Below, one piece after another: positions 19,520-29,091 of a DNA stretch of 64,000 nucleotides (within the stretch, counting starts at the first letter, position 1; each line of letters opens with the position of its first letter). A program made the position numbers and the translations under genes. The notes beneath the pieces are model-generated. The model made no database searches and was not told the DNA's origin. It worked only from the letters and a program-made list of their open reading frames with translations. Source of the stretch: a bacterium (GTDB lineage: Bacteria > Electryoneota > Electryoneia > Electryoneales > Electryoneaceae); the NCBI GenBank assembly GCA_963675295.2, contig CAXXKJ010000002.1, positions 288,001-352,000 on the forward strand, read 5' to 3'.

Positions 19520-20640
19520 TCTACGCACTCACCGACTTCCTCGCCGATCAGGGCGGTATCTTCGGCCCGTTACGTGTGCTGAATTACGTGTCGACGCGCT
19601 CGATCATCGCCGCGCTGACGACCTTGCTGCTGGTGATTTTCTTCGCGCCGCGCGTGATTCGCATGCTGTACCTCGCCGGTCAACGCGACAGCCACCGCGA
19701 TTTCGACGAGCACCTCGCCAAGTCCAAGCGTGGCACGCCGACCATGGGCGGCGTGCTGATCATCGGCGCGATGATGGTCAGCCTGCTGCTGTGGGGGGAT
19801 TGGACCAACGGCTACATGTGGGCGGTGACCAGCGCGCTGCTGGTGTTCGGTTTCCTCGGCGCGGTGGACGATGTCGCGAAAGTCCGCGGCGGCAGCGCCG
19901 AAGCGGGCCTCAGCCGTCGCGCGAAACTGGTGATCCAGACGTTGTACGGGCTGGTGCTCGGCGCGCTGTTGTTCCTGCCGAACACGACGCCGTTCCCGCT
20001 CGAAATCGCTGACACCATCGGGATTCCGTTCCTGAAACCGGCGGAATTCGGCGGGCTCAATGTCCACCTGTCTTTCTTCTATGTCGTGTTCGTCGCGTTT
20101 GTCGTCGTCGCGGTCAGCAACGCGGTCAACCTGATCGACGGCCTCGACGGTCTCGCCGCCGGCACGACCATGCTGCCGGTCGCGGTGTACGGCATCTTCG
20201 CCTACATCCTCGGGCACGCCAGCCTGTCCGGCTACTTCCTGTACTCCTTCCAGCCCGGCGTGCACGAACTGGTCGTCTTCACCGCCGCGCTGATCGGCGC
20301 GTTGATCGGCTTCCTCTGGTTTAACGGCTACCCGGCGCAAGTGTTCATGGGGGATACAGGATCGCTGGCGTTGGGCGGGACACTGGCGGTGCTGATCGTG
20401 CTGACCAAGCAAGAACTGCTCTTCCTCATCGCGGGCGGGGTGTTTTTGTACGTCAACGCAACCCATGTCATCGGCGACCGCATCGGCATCAACATGCTCG
20501 GCCGCCGCATCTTCTACCGCACCCCGATCCACCACGCGTACGAACACCTCGGCATCGCCGAAACCAAGGTCGTCCTGCGCTTCTGGATCATCTCGCTGCT
20601 GCTCGCCCTTGTCGCGGTTGCAACGTTGAAGTTGAGGTAA
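19516..20640 (+). CDS. mraY: Phospho-N-acetylmuramoyl-pentapeptide transferase
   Basis: KRGTPTMGG, DDVAK, NAVNLIDGLDGL, PAQVFMGDTGS, PIHHAYE; ATGA overlap with murG. Confidence 0.9.
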   Translation: MIYALTDFLADQGGIFGPLRVLNYVSTRSIIAALTTLLLVIFFAPRVIRMLYLAGQRDSHRDFDEHLAKSKRGTPTMGGVLIIGAMMVSLLLWGDWTNGYMWAVTSALLVFGFLGAVDDVAKVRGGSAEAGLSRRAKLVIQTLYGLVLGALLFLPNTTPFPLEIADTIGIPFLKPAEFGGLNVHLSFFYVVFVAFVVVAVSNAVNLIDGLDGLAAGTTMLPVAVYGIFAYILGHASLSGYFLYSFQPGVHELVVFTAALIGALIGFLWFNGYPAQVFMGDTGSLALGGTLAVLIVLTKQELLFLIAGGVFLYVNATHVIGDRIGINMLGRRIFYRTPIHHAYEHLGIAETKVVLRFWIISLLLALVAVATLKLR

Positions 20641-20659
20641 GGCGGGTCCTCACAAGGCG

Positions 20660-21145
20660 TTAGCTCTGCTTGGCTTGTGTTGTCTGTCCCGCTTCCGGAT
20701 CCTTGTCATCCGGCGCACGGTGGGTGTCGGCACCGTCCGGGTGGAGTCGGATGTACAGTCCAAGCGTCTGATCGGCTTTCTGCGTATGGCTGGTGACATG
20801 CTTGAGAATCCAGTCCCGGAGGGCGTTGTACGTGTCGACATTCACCATCATCTCGCCATCCTGCCACCGCGAAATCAGCAGTGCCAGGTCACGTTTAAAT
20901 CCTTCGTGAATCTGCTTGTGTTCCTCGTAGCGCGGGTAGTTGTACCGTTGCATGATGAATTCTTCGGACTGGAAATGGTAGTGGGTGTAGTCGGCGAGGC
21001 GGCCGAAGATGCTTGCGATGATCTGCGAACCTTTGCCTTGTCGCAGGGCGGTGGTGAGTTCGTCGATGATCGCGAACAGCCGCTTGTGCTGTTCATCAAT
21101 CTGGGGCACTCCGATGTTGTAGCTGTCGTCCCAACGTAACTCCAT
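20660..21145 (-). CDS. Bacteriohemerythrin
   Basis: W.DSY.IG...ID.QHK.L, HF..EE, H...H, W...H...D. Confidence 0.9.
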   Translation of the reverse strand: MELRWDDSYNIGVPQIDEQHKRLFAIIDELTTALRQGKGSQIIASIFGRLADYTHYHFQSEEFIMQRYNYPRYEEHKQIHEGFKRDLALLISRWQDGEMMVNVDTYNALRDWILKHVTSHTQKADQTLGLYIRLHPDGADTHRAPDDKDPEAGQTTQAKQS

Positions 21146-21284
21146 GGTGCGGCCTCACGTGCAAACTGTCTGAAAAAGGAGCGATATTACCGACGAGTCA
21201 TCGTGAGCAGGATTAGGATAACATCTGGTGAAACAAAGAGCAAGAATCGTACCGTATGAGCTGTGACAGCTGGAGGATCTGACG

Positions 21285-21848
21285 GTGCCGCAGGACAACA
21301 TCATCACGACCACCCCCCGTTTGATTATCCGTTCGATTCGCGACACGGACATCCCGGTTTTGTACGAACGCATCTTCGGTGATCCGGAGGTGATGCGTTT
21401 CATCAGCTCCGGTGTGTCGCCGAACATCGAGCACGCCGCCCAACGGGCGCACAAGTACATGAGCTGGGAGCAGCGGTTCGGGATGTCGTTCTGGGCGGTG
21501 ATCCTGAAGCAAACGGGCGAGCTGATCGGAAATTGCGGCCTGATACCGGTGGAAGGACACGGTCCGGAGATCGAAATCGGTTACGACACCGCGCAGAAGT
21601 TCTGGCGGCAGGGCTACACCAGCGAAGCGGCGGCGGCATGCCTCAAGGTCGGGTTCGAAACATTGAAGCTGAAACGGATCATCGCGATCTGTGATCCGTT
21701 GAACACGGGCTCGTGGAAGGTGATGGAAAAAATCGGCATGCACAAAGCCGGCACAACGAACAAGTTCTACGGCATGCACTGCCTGTTGTATGACATTACC
21801 GCCGACCAGTTCGCCGAACAGCAGGCGGGCGCTCACGAATCGGGGTAA
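21285..21848 (+). CDS. GNAT family (RimJ/RimL-like) N-acetyltransferase
   Basis: TPRLIIR, EIGY...FWRQGY.SEA, N..S.KVMEKIGM. Confidence 0.85.
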   Translation: MPQDNIITTTPRLIIRSIRDTDIPVLYERIFGDPEVMRFISSGVSPNIEHAAQRAHKYMSWEQRFGMSFWAVILKQTGELIGNCGLIPVEGHGPEIEIGYDTAQKFWRQGYTSEAAAACLKVGFETLKLKRIIAICDPLNTGSWKVMEKIGMHKAGTTNKFYGMHCLLYDITADQFAEQQAGAHESG

Positions 21849-21864
21849 CCCGAGTCCACGAGAG

Positions 21865-21890
21865 TAAATCGGACACGCGTATCCGATTTA
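21865..21890. repeat. 26-bp palindrome family B (copies at 29030-29055 and 56556-56581)
   Basis: taaatcggacacgcgtatccgattta / taaatcggacacgcgtgtctgattta / aaaaccggacacgcgtgtccggtttt. Confidence 0.75.
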
Positions 21891-21981
21891 ACGGGACAGA
21901 GAAATGCCACGGACAGACAGCGCCCGTGGCATCCTTTTCGCCCACGCCTGGCTGGATCGCCCAGATGCGACCAGCCAACCG

Positions 21982-22473
21982 TTATTTCTTCGTCATCTCC
22001 AGCGCGATGGCAAACGGATCGCTGGATTTTTTCTTCGCGTACTCTTCCGCTTCCTGGTCGGTCCACGGCTTATCGTCCCACACCAGCGCGCCGGTCGGGC
22101 AGTATTTCGCACAGGCCGGGTCGCCTTTGCAGACGTCGCACTTGATGTATTCATTGTGCGTGTCATCGTAGTCCATGCAGCCGAACGGGCAGGCCTTGAC
22201 GCAGAACCCGCAGCCGATGCACTTGTCGTTGACTTCGATCGCGCCGGTTTCCGGGTTGCGTTCCAGCGCGCCGACGGGGCACACCGCCATGCACGACGGT
22301 TCGTCACACTGCAGGCACAGCAGCACGAAGTTGTTCTGATCGTCCACCTTGAACGACTGCACCCGTGGCCGTGCGGGCACGCCGGGGACAGGTGTGTTCG
22401 CCAGGCTGCAGGCTTGTTCGCAGACCTTGCAGTCGATGCAACGGTACGGGGTTACGTACAGGCGCTTGCTCAT
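21982..22473 (-). CDS. Poly-[4Fe-4S] ferredoxin (CooF/HydN/AOR small-subunit type)
   Basis: CIDCKVCEQAC, CLQCDEPSCMAVCP, CIGCGFCVKACP, KCDVC..DPACAKYCP. Confidence 0.9.
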   Translation of the reverse strand: MSKRLYVTPYRCIDCKVCEQACSLANTPVPGVPARPRVQSFKVDDQNNFVLLCLQCDEPSCMAVCPVGALERNPETGAIEVNDKCIGCGFCVKACPFGCMDYDDTHNEYIKCDVCKGDPACAKYCPTGALVWDDKPWTDQEAEEYAKKKSSDPFAIALEMTKK

Positions 22474-22530
22474 CGTTCGCCTCTGTCTATCTTGGCCGGG
22501 GCTTTCAACCCCGGTTTCGTTGTTCTGTTC

Positions 22531-22629
22531 ATGCCCCAGACATTCATGTCTGGGATCATCCGCGTCTGCAAGATGTTTGACACGGCCACACGTGTTTGAA
22601 CTCTTACCACGGACTTTAGTCCGTGGTAA
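22531..22629. repeat. REP cluster: TGCCC hairpin, inverted partner and family C palindrome
   Basis: atgccccagacattcatgtctgggatc; atccgcgtc...gacacggccac; ttaccacggactttagtccgtggtaa. Confidence 0.75.
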
Positions 22630-22638
22630 ATGGGAAGA

Positions 22639-23460
22639 TCACTTCGCGTCTTCCGCCAGACGATCTTCGACATCGGCGACCCGGCTCAACTTCCGCGCGT
22701 ACTCGTACCGTTTCACCTTCGCCGATTCCTGCTTCATCGTTTCCGGCCACACCAGGCCGTTGCCCTCGGCGCGTTTCTGCACATGCGAGAGATACTCCGG
22801 TGTGCCGAGCACTTCGCCGGTGCGTTCGTCGGTGACGAGGTCGAATTCCTTGTCCCAGATCCGGCGCTTGCCGTTATCGTTTTCGACGAACGGGATCGCG
22901 TCGGTCGGGCACAGTTTCGCGCACACCAGGCAGCCGATGCAGGCGTCCTTGTTCGGCACGTCCACGTATTTGTCCGGCCCACGGCTGAGCGTGGCGATGG
23001 CGCTGCGGCCGATCGCTTCGCACGCGCGCACGCAGATCGTACACATGATGCACGTATCGTCCGTGTCGCGTGGGGTGTAGGACGTTTCGGTGACACCGTA
23101 GTCGGCGGCGAGCTGCTTGATGTAGTCGCTCTCCGGCACACGGGCCATCTGCAGATCGAGCACCACGCTCCGGTTCTGCCGTACCTCGTCCGAATCGGTC
23201 CACACCTTCAGGCCTTCCTCGACCGGGTACAGGCAGCTGGTGACGAGCTGTTTGTACCAGTCATCCCAGCCCGGTTTCTGGATTTCGACGACACACAGGC
23301 GGCATGCGCCGAAGGGTTCCAGCGCCGGATGTGCGCACAGGCTCGGGACATCGATACCCATCCCGCGCGCCACGTCGAGGATCATCGCGCCTTTCGGTGC
23401 GTCAACCTCGCGGTCGTCAATGGTCAGATGGACCGTCTCGTTTGTTTTTGCTTCGCTCAT
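22639..23460 (-). CDS. Short NuoG/HydA N-terminal-like Fe-S subunit (BfuA-like), no catalytic domain
   Basis: [2Fe-2S] LC..GACRLC..TSC plus CIMCTICVRAC and CIGCLVCAKLCP; ends at 273 aa without H-cluster or Mo-bisPGD domain. Confidence 0.85.
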   Translation of the reverse strand: MSEAKTNETVHLTIDDREVDAPKGAMILDVARGMGIDVPSLCAHPALEPFGACRLCVVEIQKPGWDDWYKQLVTSCLYPVEEGLKVWTDSDEVRQNRSVVLDLQMARVPESDYIKQLAADYGVTETSYTPRDTDDTCIMCTICVRACEAIGRSAIATLSRGPDKYVDVPNKDACIGCLVCAKLCPTDAIPFVENDNGKRRIWDKEFDLVTDERTGEVLGTPEYLSHVQKRAEGNGLVWPETMKQESAKVKRYEYARKLSRVADVEDRLAEDAK

Positions 23461-23483
23461 GAGTTTCCTCAAGGCTCCGGTAC

Positions 23484-23674
23484 TACCGCGGACTGAAGTC
23501 CGTGGTAAGAAGTGTATGTAAAGCTATCACATGCCCACGACATGAACGTCGCGGATCATCGTCGTTTGTGCCCCAGACGTTTGTATCTGGGATCATCATC
23601 GCTTGTGCCCCAGACATTCATGTCTGGGATTAACCACCGTATTCAGGTCCGCGTCTGCAAGCAGACACGGCCAC
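23484..23674. repeat. REP cluster: family C palindrome, three tandem TGCCC hairpins (37-nt period) and one inverted copy
   Basis: taccgcggactgaagtccgtggtaa at 23484; hairpin heads at 23531, 23568, 23605. Confidence 0.8.
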
Positions 23675-23724
23675 GCTTCTACTTTTACTATCAGTTACTA
23701 TCTTTTACTATCCGTCACTTCTGT

Positions 23725-25659
23725 TCAAGCTACCGCGTCGCGGCTGACGATCTTGTCGCCGCTCTTGATATCCACCGCGTCAAACTTACAGACGCTCTTG
23801 CAGATCCCGCACGAGATGCACTTGTCCGGATCGATGGTGTACATCTTCTTCTTCACGCCGGTGATCGCTTCGGTCGGGCAGTGACGCGCGCAGATGTCGC
23901 AGCCAGTGCAATCCTCGTTGATCTCGTACGTGATCAGGCTCGGGCACACCCCCGCACGGCATACCTTGTGCTGGATGTGCTCTTCGTACTCTTCGCGGAA
24001 ATACTTCAGCGTCGAGGTGACCGGGTACGGTGCCGATTTGCCAAGCGCGCACAGGCTGGCGACTTCCATCGTGTGGCACAGCTTTTCGATCTTCTCGATG
24101 TCGCCGTCCTCGCCCTCGCCCTTGGTGATCTTGTCGAGCAGGTCGTAGACCTGGCGCAGGCCTTCACGGCACGGGACGCACTTCCCGCAGCTTTCACCGA
24201 TCAGGAAGTTGATGAAGTATTTTGCGACGTCGACCATGCAGGTGTGATCGTCCATCACGATCATCCCGCCCGATCCCATCATCGCGCCGGCACGGCTGAG
24301 CGTGTCGAAATCCACCGGCAGGTCGAGCTTGTCGGCCGGGAGGCAGCCGCCGGACGGTCCGCCGGTCTGTACCGCCTTGAACGGGCGGTCGTCAATGATT
24401 CCGCCGCCGATGTCGTAGATGATCTCGCGCAACGTGCGGCCCATCGGCACTTCGATCAGGCCGGTGTGTTTCACCTTGCCGACCAGCGAAAACGCCTTGG
24501 TGCCCTTGGACTTGTCGCGTCCCATGCTGGCGAACCAGCCCGCGCCCTTGTCGATGATCGCCGGGACGCAGGTGAAGGTCTCGACGTTGTTCAGCACCGT
24601 TGGTTCGTCGTGCAGGCCTTTTTCGACGCTGCGCACATACTTCGCGCGCGGTTCGCCGACCTTGCCTTCGAGCGAACGCATCAGCGCGGAGGATTCGCCG
24701 CAGACAAACGCGCCGCCACCACGGGAGATGCGAATGTTCAGCGTCATCCCGGTGCCGAGGATGTTGTCCCCGAGCAGGCCGGCGGTGTGCAGCTTATCGA
24801 TCGCCAGTTGCAGGTGTTCGACCGCCAGCGGGTACTCGTGACGGACGTAGATGTAGGCATCGGTCGCGCCCAGCGCGTACGCCGCGATCATCATCCCTTC
24901 GAGCACGCTGTACGGGTCGCCTTCCATGATCGCGCGGTCCATGAACGCGCCCGGGTCGCCTTCGTCCCCGTTGCAGATCAGCCACACCCGATCCTGCTTC
25001 ACCCGCAGCGCGCCACGCCATTTGCGACCGGTGGAAAAACCCGCGCCGCCACGTCCACGCAGCCCACTCTCCTCGACCTGGTCAATGACCGCCTCCGGCG
25101 TCATTTCGGAAATCGCTTTCGCGAACGCCGCGAATCCGCCTTCGGCGAGGAAATCGTCAAAGCTGGTCGGGTCGACGACGCCGACATTCCGCAACGCCAC
25201 CCGCACCTGCAAACTGTAGAACGGGATGTCGGTGTAACGTTCGGCCTTGCCGCCACCACGTTCATGGCCCAGCTCATACAGCAGCGGGTCGACGAGCTGA
25301 TCGTTCAGCAGCGTCTTTTCGACGATCTTCTTCGCGTCGCGCGGTTTCACGCCGGTATAGAATGTGCCTTCCGGTTCGAGCGTGACCACCGGCCCGGCTT
25401 CGCACATGCCGTGGCAGCCGGTGCACTTTTCGGACAGGGTTGCGTCCAGCTCGAGTCCGGCGGCTTTCAGTTCCTTCGCGTGCGATTTGATCTCGCTCTG
25501 GAACTGTTTGTGGATGTCCTTCGCCCCGCGTGCGATACAGCCCGGCCCGGCGCAGACACGGATTTCCTGCTTGATCGCCTTGCGTTCGGTCCGGATAGCT
25601 TCAGCGCGTTCGAGCAGAGCCTGCGGGCTGCCAAAGGGTTTGCCGTTTCCTGAAATCAT
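23725..25659 (-). CDS. NuoF/HydB-like NADH/FMN-binding subunit (BfuB-like)
   Basis: N-terminal CAGPGC..CHGMC; GLRGRGGAGF, GDEGDPGAFMDR, GGPSGG, ESCGKC.PCR, C-terminal 2x[4Fe-4S]. Confidence 0.9.
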   Translation of the reverse strand: MISGNGKPFGSPQALLERAEAIRTERKAIKQEIRVCAGPGCIARGAKDIHKQFQSEIKSHAKELKAAGLELDATLSEKCTGCHGMCEAGPVVTLEPEGTFYTGVKPRDAKKIVEKTLLNDQLVDPLLYELGHERGGGKAERYTDIPFYSLQVRVALRNVGVVDPTSFDDFLAEGGFAAFAKAISEMTPEAVIDQVEESGLRGRGGAGFSTGRKWRGALRVKQDRVWLICNGDEGDPGAFMDRAIMEGDPYSVLEGMMIAAYALGATDAYIYVRHEYPLAVEHLQLAIDKLHTAGLLGDNILGTGMTLNIRISRGGGAFVCGESSALMRSLEGKVGEPRAKYVRSVEKGLHDEPTVLNNVETFTCVPAIIDKGAGWFASMGRDKSKGTKAFSLVGKVKHTGLIEVPMGRTLREIIYDIGGGIIDDRPFKAVQTGGPSGGCLPADKLDLPVDFDTLSRAGAMMGSGGMIVMDDHTCMVDVAKYFINFLIGESCGKCVPCREGLRQVYDLLDKITKGEGEDGDIEKIEKLCHTMEVASLCALGKSAPYPVTSTLKYFREEYEEHIQHKVCRAGVCPSLITYEINEDCTGCDICARHCPTEAITGVKKKMYTIDPDKCISCGICKSVCKFDAVDIKSGDKIVSRDAVA

Positions 25660-26246
25660 GCCGGCTTCTCCTTCTTCAGCATTTTGCCGATGTTGCCGGG
25701 TGCCATGTTGGCGTAGTAATTGTCGCCAACCATCACCACGGGCGCCATGGCGCATGCGCCGACGCAGTTGACCGTTTCGAGGCTGTAGTCGCCGTCTTCG
25801 CTCATCCCGTGCCCGGGTTCGACCTTGAGGCTGCGTTTCAGCTCATCGACCAGCATCCCGGCGCCACGGACATGGCACGCCGTTCCGAGGCACACCTTGA
25901 CCGTTTTCTTGCCCTTCGGCTCAAGCGAAAATGCCTTGTAGAACGTGGCGACGCCCTGCACCTTGCCGAACGGGACACCGAGCTTCTCCGCTACCCGCAG
26001 CAACGCCTTCGGCGGCAACCACTGGTAGTGGTCGTTCAGCTCCTGCAGCACCATGATCAGGCTGGGCTCTTCCAGCGGATAATGGGCGAGGATCTCGTCC
26101 GCCGCGCGTTCCTCGTCACTGAGGTCGCTCGGTCGTGATTTGTTCGGCCGGGGCGGAGCTTTCGCGCCGGTATCGCCGGCAGCGGGCTCCAACGCCTCGG
26201 TGTTGTCGAGATCGACGTCGGTTTTCTTCGCGCGACGCGGGCTCAT
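25656..26246 (-). CDS. NuoE/HydC-like [2Fe-2S] subunit (BfuC-like)
   Basis: VATFY..F, VCLGTACHVRG, CVGACAMAP; ATGA overlaps on both sides. Confidence 0.9.
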   Translation of the reverse strand: MSPRRAKKTDVDLDNTEALEPAAGDTGAKAPPRPNKSRPSDLSDEERAADEILAHYPLEEPSLIMVLQELNDHYQWLPPKALLRVAEKLGVPFGKVQGVATFYKAFSLEPKGKKTVKVCLGTACHVRGAGMLVDELKRSLKVEPGHGMSEDGDYSLETVNCVGACAMAPVVMVGDNYYANMAPGNIGKMLKKEKPA

Positions 26247-26797
26247 AGCACAGCCTCCAGCGCTTGCTTGGCGATTTTTGCGCCTTCCCGGATGCAGGCG
26301 ATGTTCGACTCGATGAACTGCGGCTTGCGGGCGAAGGTGACCGGCACCTGCGCGACCACGGTTTCGAGGCTGACCACCCCGGAGCATGCGACATACGCGC
26401 CGAGAATGACCATGTTCGCGCCACGGTTGTTGCCGAGTTTCATCGCGACGTCATTGGCCGGCACCAGGATCTCGTGCACGTCTTTCCGTTGCACACGGTC
26501 CGGGATCAGGGTGCTGTTGACCAGGATGAAGCCGCCCTCACGGATCGTCGGCTCGAATTTCTCGAGGCTCGGACGGTTCATCGCGACGAGATCAGATGGG
26601 TTGTTCACCACCGGGCTGCCGATCGGATGGTCGGCGATCACGACGGTACAGTACGCCGTCCCGCCGCGCATCTCCGGGCCGTACGATGGCACCCACGCCA
26701 CCTCTTTGCCTTCTTCCAGGGCGGCGTCGGCGAGGAAATGCCCAGCCGACAAAATGCCCTGCCCGCCGAATCCGGCGAATTTCACTTCACGTTGCAT
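26243..26797 (-). CDS. 2-oxoacid:ferredoxin oxidoreductase gamma subunit
   Basis: AGFGGQG, PSYGPEMRGG, NMVILGA. Confidence 0.9.
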   Translation of the reverse strand: MQREVKFAGFGGQGILSAGHFLADAALEEGKEVAWVPSYGPEMRGGTAYCTVVIADHPIGSPVVNNPSDLVAMNRPSLEKFEPTIREGGFILVNSTLIPDRVQRKDVHEILVPANDVAMKLGNNRGANMVILGAYVACSGVVSLETVVAQVPVTFARKPQFIESNIACIREGAKIAKQALEAVL

Positions 26798-26888
26798 CGT
26801 CTGTCCTCCAACCGGGAGGGTTGGTTTTGTTCAAATGGGGGACACTCGCACGAAGTAGGGGTGTCCCCATGTCTTATGTATCAGAGGG

Positions 26889-26981
26889 TGTCATCCTGAA
26901 CGCAGTGAAGGATCTCTAGATTATCCAACGTTTTACCCAGCTGGAGATTCTTCACTTCACGTCGTTCCGTTCAGAATGACA
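26889..26981. repeat. GTCATCCTGAAC...CAGAATGAC palindromic element (family D)
   Basis: tgtcatcctgaacgcagtgaaggatctc...gagattcttcac...gttcagaatgaca long imperfect inverted repeat. Confidence 0.75.
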
Positions 26982-26996
26982 TCGTATATCATCCAA

Positions 26997-28937
26997 TTAC
27001 TTCACCACCACCAGTCGTTTCGTCTGGGTGTAGGCTGAACCGGCGTCAACGCGCACGAGGTACGTCCCGCTCGGGTAGTGATCGAGCTCCAGGTGCAGAC
27101 GCTGTCCGCCGGGATGAATCACGCCGGCGTCAATGGTGTCCACTGTGCGGCCGAGGATGTCGCTGATCGCAACGGTCACCCGCTGCGCCGTCGGCACGGA
27201 CACGGTGATCGTCGTCGCGGCGTTCGCCGGGTTCGGGTAGACCTGTACGTCCAGATCCGCCCGTACCGCCAACGGTTCGTTTTCACCCGCCGTCACCGTC
27301 GTTCCGTCAAACGCGTTCGCCAGTTCGGACGGCGCGGAGCCGCTCATTGTCCACATCTGCGGCGCCGTGCTGGACGCGACCGTATTCGCGGTCACGGTGA
27401 ACGCAAACTCATCCTGCGCGGCGACGAAATTCGGGAAAATGCCGGCGTACGCGTGCCACGTATAGTCGCCCACCGGTGCCATCTGCGGGATTGGCTGCGT
27501 GACGTTTGCGACACTCAAGTCCATGTTGTCTTCGAACTGCAGGCGAACGCGTGCGACCGGCCCGTACAGGCTGCCGTTCGGCAGGGTTGCCGCCAGCCAG
27601 ACGTCGCCCGGACGATTCATCGGCAAGTCGCCGGTTGTTAGCGCGATACCGTAGCTGAAGCTTCCGCCGCGCGGCACATTGATCGGCGTGTTGTGCGGCG
27701 TCAGGGTCAACGTGACCAGCGGATTCGTGCCGCCGGACACCCCTTCGAAGCAATACGCACCGCCGCTGCTGGCGGAGATGATGTCGCCGTTGTTCGCGAC
27801 TGCCGCGCCGGCGTAGTGGTTGTTATTGAGCGGATACGACCACAGTTCGGCCAGGGTCGCCGGGTCCAGCGCGTAGAGGCGCCCGTCGCTGGTGCCGGTC
27901 GCGCAGTAGATGGTGTTGTTGTCGTCCACAGCGAAGCGCGGGTAGCCGAGATAGGTTCCGCTGGTCAACGGGGCGGAGGTTGCGAGCACGTCGCCGGTCG
28001 CGTAGGCGTGACGCTTGACCACGGTCGCGTGCGTTACCACGACGTCGCCATTGTCCAATGTTGCGAAGTGTCCGCCGATGGGTGGAATCGGTCCGAAGTT
28101 GACCGGAACCTGCCACACGATCTCGAAGCCGGTGCCGGTGTCTTCGACACGGAACAGGTCGCCGCCGTCGCGGATGATGTAGATCGCGCTGTCGTCGTGG
28201 ACGCTGAACGGGATTTCCTGGTCGCCGTCCCCGGGCAACGAGATGCTGTACAGTTCGGTGCCGGTGGTGAGATCCCACGCGGTAAATTCCACCTGGCCGA
28301 TGCCGCCGTCCCAGCCGTACACCTTCTCGCCGTAGACGCAGACATGTTCCGATCCGCCGATCACCGCGCAGACACGGGGCGTCGTCCAGACAATCGAGCC
28401 GTCCGTGTGGTCCAGCCGTGTCAGCAGGTAGCTGCCGTTCGGGTCCTTGGCGTTGACGATCAGGTCGCCGTTGTTCGCGAACGCCGCGCTGGCGATGATG
28501 CCCTGCTTGAGGCCGGTTTCCGCGATCCAGAGGATCGAACCGTCCGCGGGATCAAGCGCGTACAGCGTATCGTTGTTGGTTTCCTGGAATCCGAGGGCGT
28601 AGATCTGGCCGTCCCGGAAGCCGACCGGCAACGATCGTGTGCTCGGCCCGGGCAGGTCCACAGACCACAGCTCCGCGCCGGTGTTGACGTCGAGGCAGAC
28701 GATGGGGGAGAAGTCGATCGTGTTGAACCGCATCATCGCGGCGTAGTCGCCGTCGGTGTAGATCGGTCCGGCGAACAGGCACGGGTCGTTGTATGTCCAG
28801 CGCAGGGTCGCGTCATCGGGTCCGACGAAATCCGCCTGTCCGTTTCGCAGGCTGCCGCCGCCCATCGTGTGCCATGCGGCGAGGACGGAGATCGGGAGCA
28901 ACGCGCAGATCAGAATCGCGAGTACGGTGGTTTTCAT
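26997..28937 (-). CDS. Secreted PQQ-like beta-propeller protein with C-terminal sorting domain
   Basis: Signal peptide; repeated LYALD..TG..W; VYPNPAN..PSGTYLV C-terminus. Confidence 0.8.
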   Translation of the reverse strand: MKTTVLAILICALLPISVLAAWHTMGGGSLRNGQADFVGPDDATLRWTYNDPCLFAGPIYTDGDYAAMMRFNTIDFSPIVCLDVNTGAELWSVDLPGPSTRSLPVGFRDGQIYALGFQETNNDTLYALDPADGSILWIAETGLKQGIIASAAFANNGDLIVNAKDPNGSYLLTRLDHTDGSIVWTTPRVCAVIGGSEHVCVYGEKVYGWDGGIGQVEFTAWDLTTGTELYSISLPGDGDQEIPFSVHDDSAIYIIRDGGDLFRVEDTGTGFEIVWQVPVNFGPIPPIGGHFATLDNGDVVVTHATVVKRHAYATGDVLATSAPLTSGTYLGYPRFAVDDNNTIYCATGTSDGRLYALDPATLAELWSYPLNNNHYAGAAVANNGDIISASSGGAYCFEGVSGGTNPLVTLTLTPHNTPINVPRGGSFSYGIALTTGDLPMNRPGDVWLAATLPNGSLYGPVARVRLQFEDNMDLSVANVTQPIPQMAPVGDYTWHAYAGIFPNFVAAQDEFAFTVTANTVASSTAPQMWTMSGSAPSELANAFDGTTVTAGENEPLAVRADLDVQVYPNPANAATTITVSVPTAQRVTVAISDILGRTVDTIDAGVIHPGGQRLHLELDHYPSGTYLVRVDAGSAYTQTKRLVVVK

Positions 28938-29029
28938 GCTGCGTCCTCCCGTTAACGTTGAACGAATCGTTTCCGTCATGTCCGGCTGCAGTTTCCAGCT
29001 CAGCTGAACGGCCTTTCAGACGGTACTTT

Positions 29030-29091
29030 TAAATCGGACACGCGTGTCTGATTTATCTGTTTGTCCCGACGGCAAGTGAGCTCGTCGGGCT
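29030..29091. repeat. Family B palindrome plus REP-like hairpin
   Basis: taaatcggacacgcgtgtctgattta; ttgtcccgacg...cgtcgggct. Confidence 0.65.

Noticed and set aside
17417-19528. 703-aa antisense ORF opposite murG (and similar ones at 23512-25653 and 27693-28955)
   Set aside because: Shadow ORFs caused by high-GC codon bias; no motifs; the opposite strand holds clear genes.
23531-23630. Three repeats with a 37-nt period as a CRISPR array
   Set aside because: Units differ from each other, spacers are only about 11 nt, no cas genes are present, and the units belong to the dispersed REP family.
22639-26246. Respiratory complex I (nuoEFG) or an [FeFe]-hydrogenase/formate dehydrogenase
   Set aside because: No other nuo genes; the NuoG-like subunit lacks H-cluster and Mo-bisPGD domains.
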